DNA from: Bacteroidales bacterium
GTDB taxonomy: Bacteria; Bacteroidota; Bacteroidia; Bacteroidales; UBA10428
NCBI GenBank assembly: GCA_016934395.1
Contig: JAFGSZ010000030.1
Coordinates: 4,089-68,088 of the forward strand
Length of the DNA stretch: 64,000 bases
Direction: 5' to 3'
The notes below the pieces were generated by a model. That model made no database searches and was not told the DNA's origin. It was given only the letters and a program-made list of their open reading frames with translations. The stretch's first letter is position 1. The number at the start of each line of letters is the position of its first letter. The translations under genes were made by a program, and so were the position numbers. Positions 56,294 through 64,000 of this stretch are shown here, in pieces.

Positions 56294-59281
56294 TCACAGG
56301 TTCGTTACATTTAGCTTTACCTGATTAAAAGATTCCAGGTTAAAAACAAAACGTATCCTTTCTTTCAATGATTTGTCGATTGATGGGATGTTGCCGGAAA
56401 CCAGTATTGGGACATATATCTCGAAAAAATTCCATATACCTGCTTTAAGACCGGCTTCGTAGAAAAATGATGAATGATAATTTTTATCTGGGCTGCAATC
56501 GTTCCATAAAATATTAACAAAAGGTTTAACCGGAATCCGACCGGCTTTCCCAGGCAAACTGCTTGTGAACGTCATAGAAAGAAGCTTACGACTGTATCCC
56601 AGGCTATCGTTAACAGGAGATACCAACCCTCCTTCCGATAAGGCCATTTGTCTTGACCAGAAAGTTTTTGGAAACACACTGAAACGATCCGGATAGAAGC
56701 CCTGGTAAAGATATTGCTCACGGCCGCTCCTTCCGCTTGCTGCAAGACCATAAAAAGAAGCCCCTGAAGCATTTTTGAGCATGATACCTGAAAACACTCT
56801 TATGTCCAAACCATTATTCCTGCCATTGTAACTAAATTTATAATTAAGATCAATGGATATTTTCTGAAAAGATTGATTGAATTCCCAAGAAGCCGACAGG
56901 CTGGCCGGATTGATTAATCCTGTCCTTTTAACCTGGTAGCCAAACTGCAGAAAAGAATTTATATTTGCTTTTTCCTTAAGTTTAAGCTGAAACAAATCGG
57001 ATGCCGCAAAATAATATCCATATACTCTCTGTTCAAAAGGATTATACATACTGATAGTCCTGAAATAAAGTTCTAGTCCGGTTTTTGCTTTGTAATAGTT
57101 TTGATTACCCGGAGCGCCGAATTTTGTTCCTTCCAGTGTAACGGTTGCCTTTCTGATGAAATTGTTATACGGAATGATATTGAATAAGACCCTGCCAAAT
57201 CCGGCAATGCCTGGGTTTTTAATGGTGTAAAAAGGCATCACGAAATATTCCACGGGTTTGGGAACAAGGAACCCGTTATGTAATGTTGCCCCAACCATAT
57301 AACCATTTTCTCTGGTCCAGTTTATGGAAGGCATATACATTAGATACCGATAGTCAGGATCTTCAAAGGTGAAAAAATATTGAAACCGAATGGGATCAGT
57401 TTTACGCAAAATTCCTGATTTCCGGATATTATTATTGTGTCTGAATAATTCGGGCAATACATGTTTGGGGTCGATCCTTATTTCTGAATAATTACCTTTG
57501 GGAATATCAATCCATTGTTGCCCGGCAAAGCCATCAAACCACTTCTCAAAACAGATTGAATCTCCTATCATACCGCAGATGATCAATGGAGATGCCAGTT
57601 CGCCGTTATTTTTTACGAGCAGTTTCTGATTCTCAAAGCGGACCAATTTATAGTCAATGCGCTTGGTTGTTTTGAGGAAATCATTAAAAAACCATGTTAA
57701 ATCTTTTCCTGTATGTGATTCAAACACTTTCCACAGGTCATCTGGCTGGGGATGTTTGAATTTCCATTTGCGATAATAATCCTGTATTGTCGAATCAAAA
57801 AGTGAATCACCAAGATAGGCTCTCAGGTAGTTGAACCCCAGGGCCGCTTTGTAATAAAGAATCAGGTTATAGTTCAAAATACTGTAATCAGGAGCAGGCA
57901 AATTAACTGGTTGTTCGAGATTATCGCGGGCCTGCATGAGCCATTGTATTTCCTGCATTCGTTCTGCCGGCATATTGTTTACATGAAAGAAATTTGCCAG
58001 TTTTTTGTTATTTAAATAGACTTCCCCAAACTTCTTTCCCGGATATTTCAGGTTCATATACCGTATTTCGCAGGCGCTGGTAATACCTTCATCCATAAAC
58101 GGGTACCTCCGTTCATCGGATCCAAGGGCGCTATAGAACCAGTTGTGCCCTACTTCATGTGCAATTACTTCATCGAGGGAGTAAGCATCCTCTACAAGGC
58201 CTACTACAGCCAGCTCCGGGTATTCCATTCCGTATCCTGCACTCAGGGCGCTTTGAACGGCTGTAAAGTTTTGATACGGATAATCACCATTCCAGACTGA
58301 AAAATACCATATAGCATTATTCACATATTGCAGGGCATCTTTCCAAAGTGCAGCTTGCCAATTGGTAAACATTACCCATGTAGTAACTTCCCTGCCGGAG
58401 CCGGGAAGTTTCACTTTCCCTTTCAACACATGAAAACGTTTATCTGCAAACCATGCAAAATCATGTATTTGATTTGCAGTATACTGCAATGTTTTCATCT
58501 GTTCTGAAGAAGGAGGAAAATCATGCTTATGATTCCCTAAAGTTGCTTTCCATGCAGTGTCTGCAGCAAGTTTATCAAGCCTTTCTGCTTCACGGTTATT
58601 TTGCAGGTTTCCAGTTGCCCCTACTGTATAATTATCCGGCAGGGAAATGCTAACATCAAAACTTCCAAATTCCGAATAGAACTCACCCTGGTCCAGATAA
58701 GGCATCTGGTGCCAGCCGGATCTGTCGTAAACAGCAGGTTTAGGGTACCATTGAGAGATTTGATAGGATTCGCCTATATGACCTAATCTTGAAGTTACCC
58801 CTTTGGGAATTTTTACATGGAAAGGGGTGCTTATTTTTATGGTATCGCCATGCATTAGATTTTTATTAAGCGTTATCTGGCAAATATCCGGCCGGCCCGG
58901 CAAAATATTCCACTTAACCTGCCGGTTGTTGACTTTAAAATCCAATGAATCCATATATCCTTTTAAATCCGGATCTTTAAACAATTTTTCCTTGCCGTTC
59001 AAAGCAAATAGTTGCTTGGCCAATTCAGTGTTATTGCCGGAATAAGCATTCGGCCAAAGGTGAAAATATAAAAATCGGAGAGTGTCGGTAGAATTATTTA
59101 TATATTCAACAGTTTCGAATGCATTTAATTCATGAAACCTGTCATCAAGTGTAACATGAATTTTATAATTTACCTCTTGCTGAAAATATTCCTGTGATAA
59201 AACCTCGGGAAATAACCCGAAAATCATCAGATATATCTGCAACATCTGCTTTATTGTAGATGTATGGAAAAGTATCCTCAA
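56294..59281 (-). CDS. M1-family zinc metallopeptidase with a large C-terminal beta-rich domain
   Basis: HEVGHNWF...E (HExxH-x18-E gluzincin). The true start may be the internal MLQIYLMIFGLFPEVLSQ (signal peptide) at 59245. Confidence 0.85.
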   Translation of the reverse strand: MRILFHTSTIKQMLQIYLMIFGLFPEVLSQEYFQQEVNYKIHVTLDDRFHELNAFETVEYINNSTDTLRFLYFHLWPNAYSGNNTELAKQLFALNGKEKLFKDPDLKGYMDSLDFKVNNRQVKWNILPGRPDICQITLNKNLMHGDTIKISTPFHVKIPKGVTSRLGHIGESYQISQWYPKPAVYDRSGWHQMPYLDQGEFYSEFGSFDVSISLPDNYTVGATGNLQNNREAERLDKLAADTAWKATLGNHKHDFPPSSEQMKTLQYTANQIHDFAWFADKRFHVLKGKVKLPGSGREVTTWVMFTNWQAALWKDALQYVNNAIWYFSVWNGDYPYQNFTAVQSALSAGYGMEYPELAVVGLVEDAYSLDEVIAHEVGHNWFYSALGSDERRYPFMDEGITSACEIRYMNLKYPGKKFGEVYLNNKKLANFFHVNNMPAERMQEIQWLMQARDNLEQPVNLPAPDYSILNYNLILYYKAALGFNYLRAYLGDSLFDSTIQDYYRKWKFKHPQPDDLWKVFESHTGKDLTWFFNDFLKTTKRIDYKLVRFENQKLLVKNNGELASPLIICGMIGDSICFEKWFDGFAGQQWIDIPKGNYSEIRIDPKHVLPELFRHNNNIRKSGILRKTDPIRFQYFFTFEDPDYRYLMYMPSINWTRENGYMVGATLHNGFLVPKPVEYFVMPFYTIKNPGIAGFGRVLFNIIPYNNFIRKATVTLEGTKFGAPGNQNYYKAKTGLELYFRTISMYNPFEQRVYGYYFAASDLFQLKLKEKANINSFLQFGYQVKRTGLINPASLSASWEFNQSFQKISIDLNYKFSYNGRNNGLDIRVFSGIMLKNASGASFYGLAASGRSGREQYLYQGFYPDRFSVFPKTFWSRQMALSEGGLVSPVNDSLGYSRKLLSMTFTSSLPGKAGRIPVKPFVNILWNDCSPDKNYHSSFFYEAGLKAGIWNFFEIYVPILVSGNIPSIDKSLKERIRFVFNLESFNQVKLNVTNL

Positions 59282-59455
59282 AATATTCCAAACTAGGTTA
59301 GCATTACATTTCTGAAGAAAAATTACTTATCAAATAAAACCGGCAGGGTATATCGAAACATGCTTTTTCAGCACGCAATACCCGGGCCGGCTAAAGTTTA
59401 TTAATTATGGTATAATGAATATTCAGTGAGATCTATAAGGTATAAGTTAAGGTTT

Positions 59456-59611
59456 TTAAAAAACCTTTCTTCCCTGAATAACTCTGATTATTACTGCAAT
59501 AATTGCAACGATAAGCAGAATGTGTATAATACCTCCGGCACTGTAACCGATATATCCTATTGCCCATGCGATAATTAAGATAACTGCTACTATATAAAGT
59601 AGATTTACCAT
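59456..59611 (-). CDS. lmo0937-family small membrane protein (51 aa)
   Basis: My translation: MVNLLYIVAVILIIAWAIGYIGYSAGGIIHILLIVAIIAVIIRVIQGRKVF. Last gene of the CsbD operon. Confidence 0.7.
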   Translation of the reverse strand: MVNLLYIVAVILIIAWAIGYIGYSAGGIIHILLIVAIIAVIIRVIQGRKVF

Positions 59612-59623
59612 AGTATTTATTTT

Positions 59624-60076
59624 TTAGTTAACATTTTCAATGGTGAAATTTTTTAAAGCTTTACCCAATTCGTCCATATCATTACTAAATTCGGTTTTAA
59701 ATATTTCCCAGTTGTCTTTACCTTCTTCCTTAAATTCATCAAGTTTATTATTCAAATCTTTGTTCTTCTGTTCTAATTCCGCCAATTTCTTTTCGTATAT
59801 GGCTTTGTTTTTCTTTTTCTCGTTTGTTATTTTTGCTTTTAATTCAGCAATACTTTTATCATTAGCAATGATTTTTGCTTTTGATTCATTTTTGAATTGT
59901 TGAATAGAATTTTTCAATGCCTGGTTTAGCTCATGGTTAGCTTCTACCATGTTATCCTTTGCATCCTCCACGTTATCAAGGGCATTTTCTACATTTTTAT
60001 TTGATGACTTGCAACCGGTTAACATTGTACCAGCAATAAATACTGTCATCGTCAGGATAAAAATTACTTTCTTCAT
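59624..60076 (-). CDS. Coiled-coil lipoprotein (150 aa)
   Basis: Lipobox LTGCKSS, then KE/N-rich heptads. Confidence 0.65.
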   Translation of the reverse strand: MKKVIFILTMTVFIAGTMLTGCKSSNKNVENALDNVEDAKDNMVEANHELNQALKNSIQQFKNESKAKIIANDKSIAELKAKITNEKKKNKAIYEKKLAELEQKNKDLNNKLDEFKEEGKDNWEIFKTEFSNDMDELGKALKNFTIENVN

Positions 60077-60172
60077 ATAGTATGTTTTTTGTTTTAAATT
60101 TTTTAGTTATTTATTTAAAAACACCTTTTAGCAAAGGTTCTGCCAAACAGTGTTTTTATAAAAGGCAGATGG

Positions 60173-60358
60173 TTAAAGCGCTGCAATAATCTTACGCAAT
60201 TCTTCTTTTGTTTTTCCAAGCCTGATTTGAAGTTTTCCAAACATTTCCTCTTCCTTTCCTTCTTCAAACATCAGGTCATTGTCTGTTAAGAAAGCAAATT
60301 TCTGTTTGAGTTTACCTTTCTGCTCATTCCAGTTTCCTTTTACTACTGTTGTGTTCAT
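60173..60358 (-). CDS. CsbD-family general stress protein
   Basis: VKGNWNEQKGKLKQKFAFLTDNDLMFEEGKEEEMFGKLQIRLGKTKEEL matches the CsbD pattern (KG.w...kGk.k...g.ltddDl....Gk...l.Gk.Q...G). Confidence 0.8.
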   Translation of the reverse strand: MNTTVVKGNWNEQKGKLKQKFAFLTDNDLMFEEGKEEEMFGKLQIRLGKTKEELRKIIAAL

Positions 60359-60417
60359 TTTTATTAAATATTAATACCCGCGGCTGGCGGTACAGATGTG
60401 AATAAAATCTCACAATA

Positions 60418-60485
60418 CAAAGGTGAGACCTTTAAACCGGGAAACTGTTACATAACTTTGAAAATAAGTTACATCATTCACACAT
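60418..60485 (-). promoter_or_regulatory. Composite stress-island promoter copy P12
   Basis: Gene-oriented: ATGTGTGAATGATGTAACTTATTTTCAAAGTTATGTAAC, 21-nt spacer, CACCTTTG. The CsbD ATG lies 59 nt after the box. Confidence 0.8.
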
Positions 60486-60578
60486 TGTTAATGACAATAA
60501 AGTATACGGTTCCTAAAGTCAGGAAAAACATCCGGTTAGTTTATAAAAGAATTGGCGGGTGGATTAGCATGTTTGTTG

Positions 60579-62051
60579 CTATTTAGAATTTCTTAACTCG
60601 TTCAAAAGCTCCCGTATATTAACAGTTGCATATGTGGATGAATAATCGGACATAGCATAAGGGATGATTAAATCTTCATTATGAATCATTGAGCCACAAG
60701 AATATACTACATTAGGGACATATCCTTCCCTTTCTTCTGCATTGGGTATTAATAAGGGCGATTTTAGCCTGCCTATTTCTTTTTCAGGATTTTGAATATC
60801 GAACAGGGACGCCCCTAAAACGTATTCCCGCATAGGACCTACGCCATGTGTTATCACCAACCAACCCTCATCGGTTTCAATTGGAGAACCGCAATTACCA
60901 ATTTGAATAATTTCCCAGGGGAATATGGGTTGTTGTATTAATTGCGCCTCACGCCAAATATTAATATTATCTGAAAATGAAATATAATTGTTAAAGCCAT
61001 CCAGGCGGCAAAGCATGGCATAATTGCCATTTACTTTTCTGGGAAACATTGCCATTCCTTTATTCTGGGCAATTTCGCCATGCAATGGAAGTATTCTGAA
61101 GTGATAAAAGTCCCGGGTATCCATCATTTTTGGTAAAATGGAAGTTCCGTCATAAGCAGTATAAGTAGCATAATAGATAGTATTACCGCTATCATCTTTA
61201 AATTTAACAAAACGGGCATCTTCTATACCATTCTTTTCATTTGCCGAAACTGGAAAAATAACCCTTTCGGAAATATTGGTATCCAAAGAAAATTCAAGTT
61301 CATAATGCGAAGAGGCAAGCCAGATAATCTGATTAAAAAGTATCTCCTTATCAAATGCCAGATGAAGCGCTTTTCTGGCTTCTTCAATGCATTTCCTTAA
61401 TTCACCATATGTAAATTCATCATTTAATTTGTCCAGTATTAATTCTGGCGGAATTATTCCACGTACATCCTGCATCTCATACAACTTACTGCTGAATGAT
61501 TTTTTATGATAAACATGTCGCCTTATGTGCTCAGCCTCTTCGATCATATTACCAACAGGTTCTATGGTCAGGTTACTGTTTCTATCCAGCACACCGGTAC
61601 GAAATACTATAGAAGATAAATGCCCTTCACCGGTTGCCCTGAAACTCAGTATGACCCTTCTCTCACCTGGGCCAGTCTCAGACTGGTCAGGGTGCTCAAC
61701 AACAGATGGGTTAAAAAATGCTGTCGATTCAATTGAATATTCCATGGTGAAATAAGACCCGATAAGTATTTTTCTTGAATAATCGATTGATGCAGGATGA
61801 ATGTTTAATTCTGCAAATAAATGGGAGATTTTGTTAAAATTTTTCTCAAAAATTTTGGAAATATTTCTATGACGCATTGAATAATCCCTCAAAGTCTGAT
61901 TTAATGCAAAAGTGGCCTCGCTTTCAGACATATCAAGAATAGAACGTATAGTATTTACAGCTCTTTTATCGTCGGTAAACAAAAAACGTGCAATTACTCT
62001 TTTAGAATCCGGATAAAACTTAGTATCCTTTCTGTTTATGGGAATATGCAT
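60579..62051 (-). CDS. GH130-domain protein with a ~190-aa N-terminal extension
   Basis: The C-terminal half has GIEDARFVKF, YATYTAYDG, GWLVITHGVGP and VVYSCG, which are GH130-type blades. No signal peptide. Confidence 0.8.
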   Translation of the reverse strand: MHIPINRKDTKFYPDSKRVIARFLFTDDKRAVNTIRSILDMSESEATFALNQTLRDYSMRHRNISKIFEKNFNKISHLFAELNIHPASIDYSRKILIGSYFTMEYSIESTAFFNPSVVEHPDQSETGPGERRVILSFRATGEGHLSSIVFRTGVLDRNSNLTIEPVGNMIEEAEHIRRHVYHKKSFSSKLYEMQDVRGIIPPELILDKLNDEFTYGELRKCIEEARKALHLAFDKEILFNQIIWLASSHYELEFSLDTNISERVIFPVSANEKNGIEDARFVKFKDDSGNTIYYATYTAYDGTSILPKMMDTRDFYHFRILPLHGEIAQNKGMAMFPRKVNGNYAMLCRLDGFNNYISFSDNINIWREAQLIQQPIFPWEIIQIGNCGSPIETDEGWLVITHGVGPMREYVLGASLFDIQNPEKEIGRLKSPLLIPNAEEREGYVPNVVYSCGSMIHNEDLIIPYAMSDYSSTYATVNIRELLNELRNSK

Positions 62052-62377
62052 TGACTATTTTTAAAAAATTTTCATAAAGGTAGTCGCTAAAGTTTAATAA
62101 GTGTTTTTATTTCAGTTTATTTTTCTAGTGGAATATATATCATCGAATAAGATAAAAAGGAAAAATCTTTGAAAATATCTACTTAATCCCTATCCTAAAA
62201 ATGGGAAGTTTACACTTCTATATTTTCAAATAAAACAGTACAAATCAAATAATAAAGATTAATACTGTTTTGTTTAGTTTAGTTTTAATCAATAAAGATT
62301 AAACAAAACACTCAATTAAACTGTTTCTAAAATTAATAAGTAAAAGTTCATTTGAAGCTATATTAAAATACACCATC

Positions 62378-63283
62378 ATGAAAAAAGAATCAAAGAGCAT
62401 ATTGGTCCCAATAGACTTCAAAGAGCCTTCACTGCAGGCGTTCAGATATGCGTACAACCTGGCAATAGAACGAAATATGAATGTTTTGCTTTTACATGTT
62501 ATTGAAACATCCGGTATACTGTCTGATTATTTCTCGAGTAGTAATAAGCTCGTACAAATAACAGATAAAGCAAAAGAAAAACTCAGCGAAATAATAAATT
62601 CGGTCCAAGACAAGAAAGTTCCAATCACCAGCAGGGTAGAGAGTGGGAAACCTTATGAAAAAATTTTAAAGGTTGCGGAAGAAACCAATACCCGTATGAT
62701 TATTCTTGGAGAAAACCATCAGGGAGTGGATGCAAATCAGGAATTAGGATCAACGGTATATCATGTGACCCTGAAATCACCTGTCCCCGTTTTAACATTA
62801 AAAGGCAATATTGAAAAAATGAACCATACTATAGTTGTACCTCTTGATTTAACGGGACAAATGAGAAGACAGCTATTCAGCGCTTTAGTATATGGTTTGA
62901 ATTATGGCGCAAAAATTCATCTTGTTTCGGCATTAATCGGAGGAATAAAAATGCGAGACAGCAGAATTTTCAAGAAGCTAAAATTGGCAAAGAAAACCCT
63001 TATTGAAAATGGTATAGAATGTACTATCCAATTATTTCCACGCACACAAGAACCACCGTTCAGAAAGGTAATTAGCTACGCTAAAGAGATTGATGCCGGG
63101 CTCATTTTAGTTATGACCCATAAGGAGGGTTACACCTACGATAACTATATCGGTGCATTTGCCCACCATATCATCAACCAGTCGCAGGTACCTGTCTTAA
63201 GCTTAACTTCGGCGGCAACTGATGTTGATTCAAGTAATTATTTAGCTAGCTTTGTTGATCCGGTAGGCATGTTATTGAAATAA
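62378..63283 (+). CDS. Tandem universal stress protein (two UspA domains)
   Basis: ILVPIDF...LLLHV and a second VVPLDLT...LILVMTHKEGY...VPVLSL module. Confidence 0.85.
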   Translation: MKKESKSILVPIDFKEPSLQAFRYAYNLAIERNMNVLLLHVIETSGILSDYFSSSNKLVQITDKAKEKLSEIINSVQDKKVPITSRVESGKPYEKILKVAEETNTRMIILGENHQGVDANQELGSTVYHVTLKSPVPVLTLKGNIEKMNHTIVVPLDLTGQMRRQLFSALVYGLNYGAKIHLVSALIGGIKMRDSRIFKKLKLAKKTLIENGIECTIQLFPRTQEPPFRKVISYAKEIDAGLILVMTHKEGYTYDNYIGAFAHHIINQSQVPVLSLTSAATDVDSSNYLASFVDPVGMLLK

Positions 63284-63315
63284 GAGAACAGGATTTTTCA
63301 GATAACCCCTACATT

Positions 63316-64000
63316 ATGCATAATATACTTATAATCTACCTTTTACTGGCCTTTGGTTTGTTTTTGTTTCCAAAAAAAATAATTAATAGCATTCCGATCA
63401 TTCCGGCTTTACTACAACTGGGGGTTTTTGTGTTTTTTATTGGCCAGCTTCCTGAAATTTTAAATGGGAAAAGTATAGATACATTTTTTAGCTGGATACC
63501 TACCCTGGGATTAAATATCGAATTCTCGCTCGACGGATTAAGCTTTATTTTCACACTTCTAATAACGGCTATTGGTTTTTTGGTTTTCATCTATGCCAAA
63601 GCTTACATGAAAAGTTATGCAGGCACAACAAAGTTTTATTTCTATTTAACATTGTTTAGTGCAGCCATGCTCGGCCTGGTGTTGTCGGTAAATTTTATCC
63701 AGCTTTTTATTTTCTGGGAACTCACCAGCGTATTATCATTCCTGTTGATCAGCTTTTTTAATGAACAGGAGGCCTCTCGAAAAGCTGCTTTTCAATCACT
63801 CTTTATAACCGGTTTTGGAGGATTAGCTCTTCTGGCAGGAATTATCCTTATCGGGGGCATTGTGGATAGTTATTCGCTTTCCGACTGGATAACCCATGCA
63901 GATAAGATAAAAGCCAGCAGGTTGTATCTCCCATCGTTATTACTTATTTTAACCGGAGCCTTTACTAAATCGGCACAGTTTCCATTTCATTTTTGGTTAC
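63316..64000 (+). CDS. Monovalent cation/H+ antiporter subunit A (MrpA/MnhA; NuoL-like), N-terminal part, continues right of the window
   Basis: Open at the window edge, so absent from the track. My translation from ATG 63316 is MHNILIIYLLLAFGLF...LDGLSFIFTLLITAIGFLVFIYAKAYM...FIFWELTSVLSFLLISF...TKSAQFPFHFWL, the hallmark of proton-pumping antiporter-like subunits. Confidence 0.8.
   Translation, partial: MHNILIIYLLLAFGLFLFPKKIINSIPIIPALLQLGVFVFFIGQLPEILNGKSIDTFFSWIPTLGLNIEFSLDGLSFIFTLLITAIGFLVFIYAKAYMKSYAGTTKFYFYLTLFSAAMLGLVLSVNFIQLFIFWELTSVLSFLLISFFNEQEASRKAAFQSLFITGFGGLALLAGIILIGGIVDSYSLSDWITHADKIKASRLYLPSLLLILTGAFTKSAQFPFHFWL

Noticed and set aside
59300-59335. ATTACATTTCTG...ATTACTTATC pair upstream of the M1 peptidase gene
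   Set aside because: The repeat offset is 19 nt rather than 21. There is no GTGTGAAT core and no correctly spaced TAnnTTT box.
26705-60485. Interpreting the 12-copy element as a REP/MITE-type mobile repeat
   Set aside because: All copies lie in 5' intergenic regions and are oriented toward the adjacent gene. Each has a fixed 20-21-nt distance to a -7 box. None has terminal inverted repeats or target-site duplications. Promoter function explains the pattern better.
63336-63590. Minus-strand 84-aa ORF from the track
   Set aside because: The plus strand here encodes the N-terminus of an MrpA/NuoL-like antiporter subunit with strong family motifs, so the minus ORF is its shadow.
1-64000. CRISPR arrays, tRNA/rRNA genes, transposases/integrases and IS inverted repeats
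   Set aside because: I looked for regularly spaced 25-40-bp repeats, cloverleaf-like GC-rich segments and DDE or tyrosine-recombinase ORFs and saw none. The only regularly recurring element is the promoter motif, which is gene-associated and not array-like.

Overview
Low-GC, Bacteroidota-type chromosomal window. Evidence for that placement: a TPR hybrid HK-REC-AraC sensor, a LytS/LytTR pair, a Kelch/DUF4907-type gene pair and TAnnTTTG-type -7 boxes. I saw no rRNA, tRNA, CRISPR array or transposase. The window has three blocks. (1) 1-8.0 kb is a visibly AT-rich accessory island. Its core is a tightly packed four-gene minus-strand operon: mod, then a Ser/Thr kinase fused to a TGT/DpdA-like domain (CxCxxC...H), then a wHTH/ExK protein, then res. 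This is a Type III R-M pair split by two non-canonical genes. Three orphan genes follow: an unknown 146-aa protein, a Zn-ribbon + Vsr/DUF559-like nuclease, and a UDG-superfamily-like protein. (2) 8-26 kb holds ordinary genes: amidase, S9 peptidase, Kelch lipoprotein, OM proteins, LytS/LytTR, nitroreductase, AKR, hybrid sensor, ankyrin-MBL and a PD40 protein. (3) 26-63 kb is a stress/signalling island containing 12 copies of one ~68-bp composite promoter: ATGTGTGAATnATGTAAC-N9-GAATTATGTAAY, then 20-21 nt, then TAnnTTT(A/G). Every copy points at the adjacent gene. Its targets are three lmo0937-type mini-proteins, two CsbD genes, a YtxH operon, an OmpA-like gene, a cupin, a radical SAM enzyme and CheB-CheR-PAS. 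The regulators themselves are also targets: an ECF-type sigma, a hybrid HK, and an HMA-AraC + HK pair. Two HMA(MxCxxC)-AraC paralogs are the best candidates for the factor that binds the direct repeats. A cytoplasmic GT4/GH130/GDE-like/PIG-L glycoside cluster lies at 29-37 kb. The two main leads are the kinase/TGT-like-containing Type III derivative and the 12-promoter regulon.
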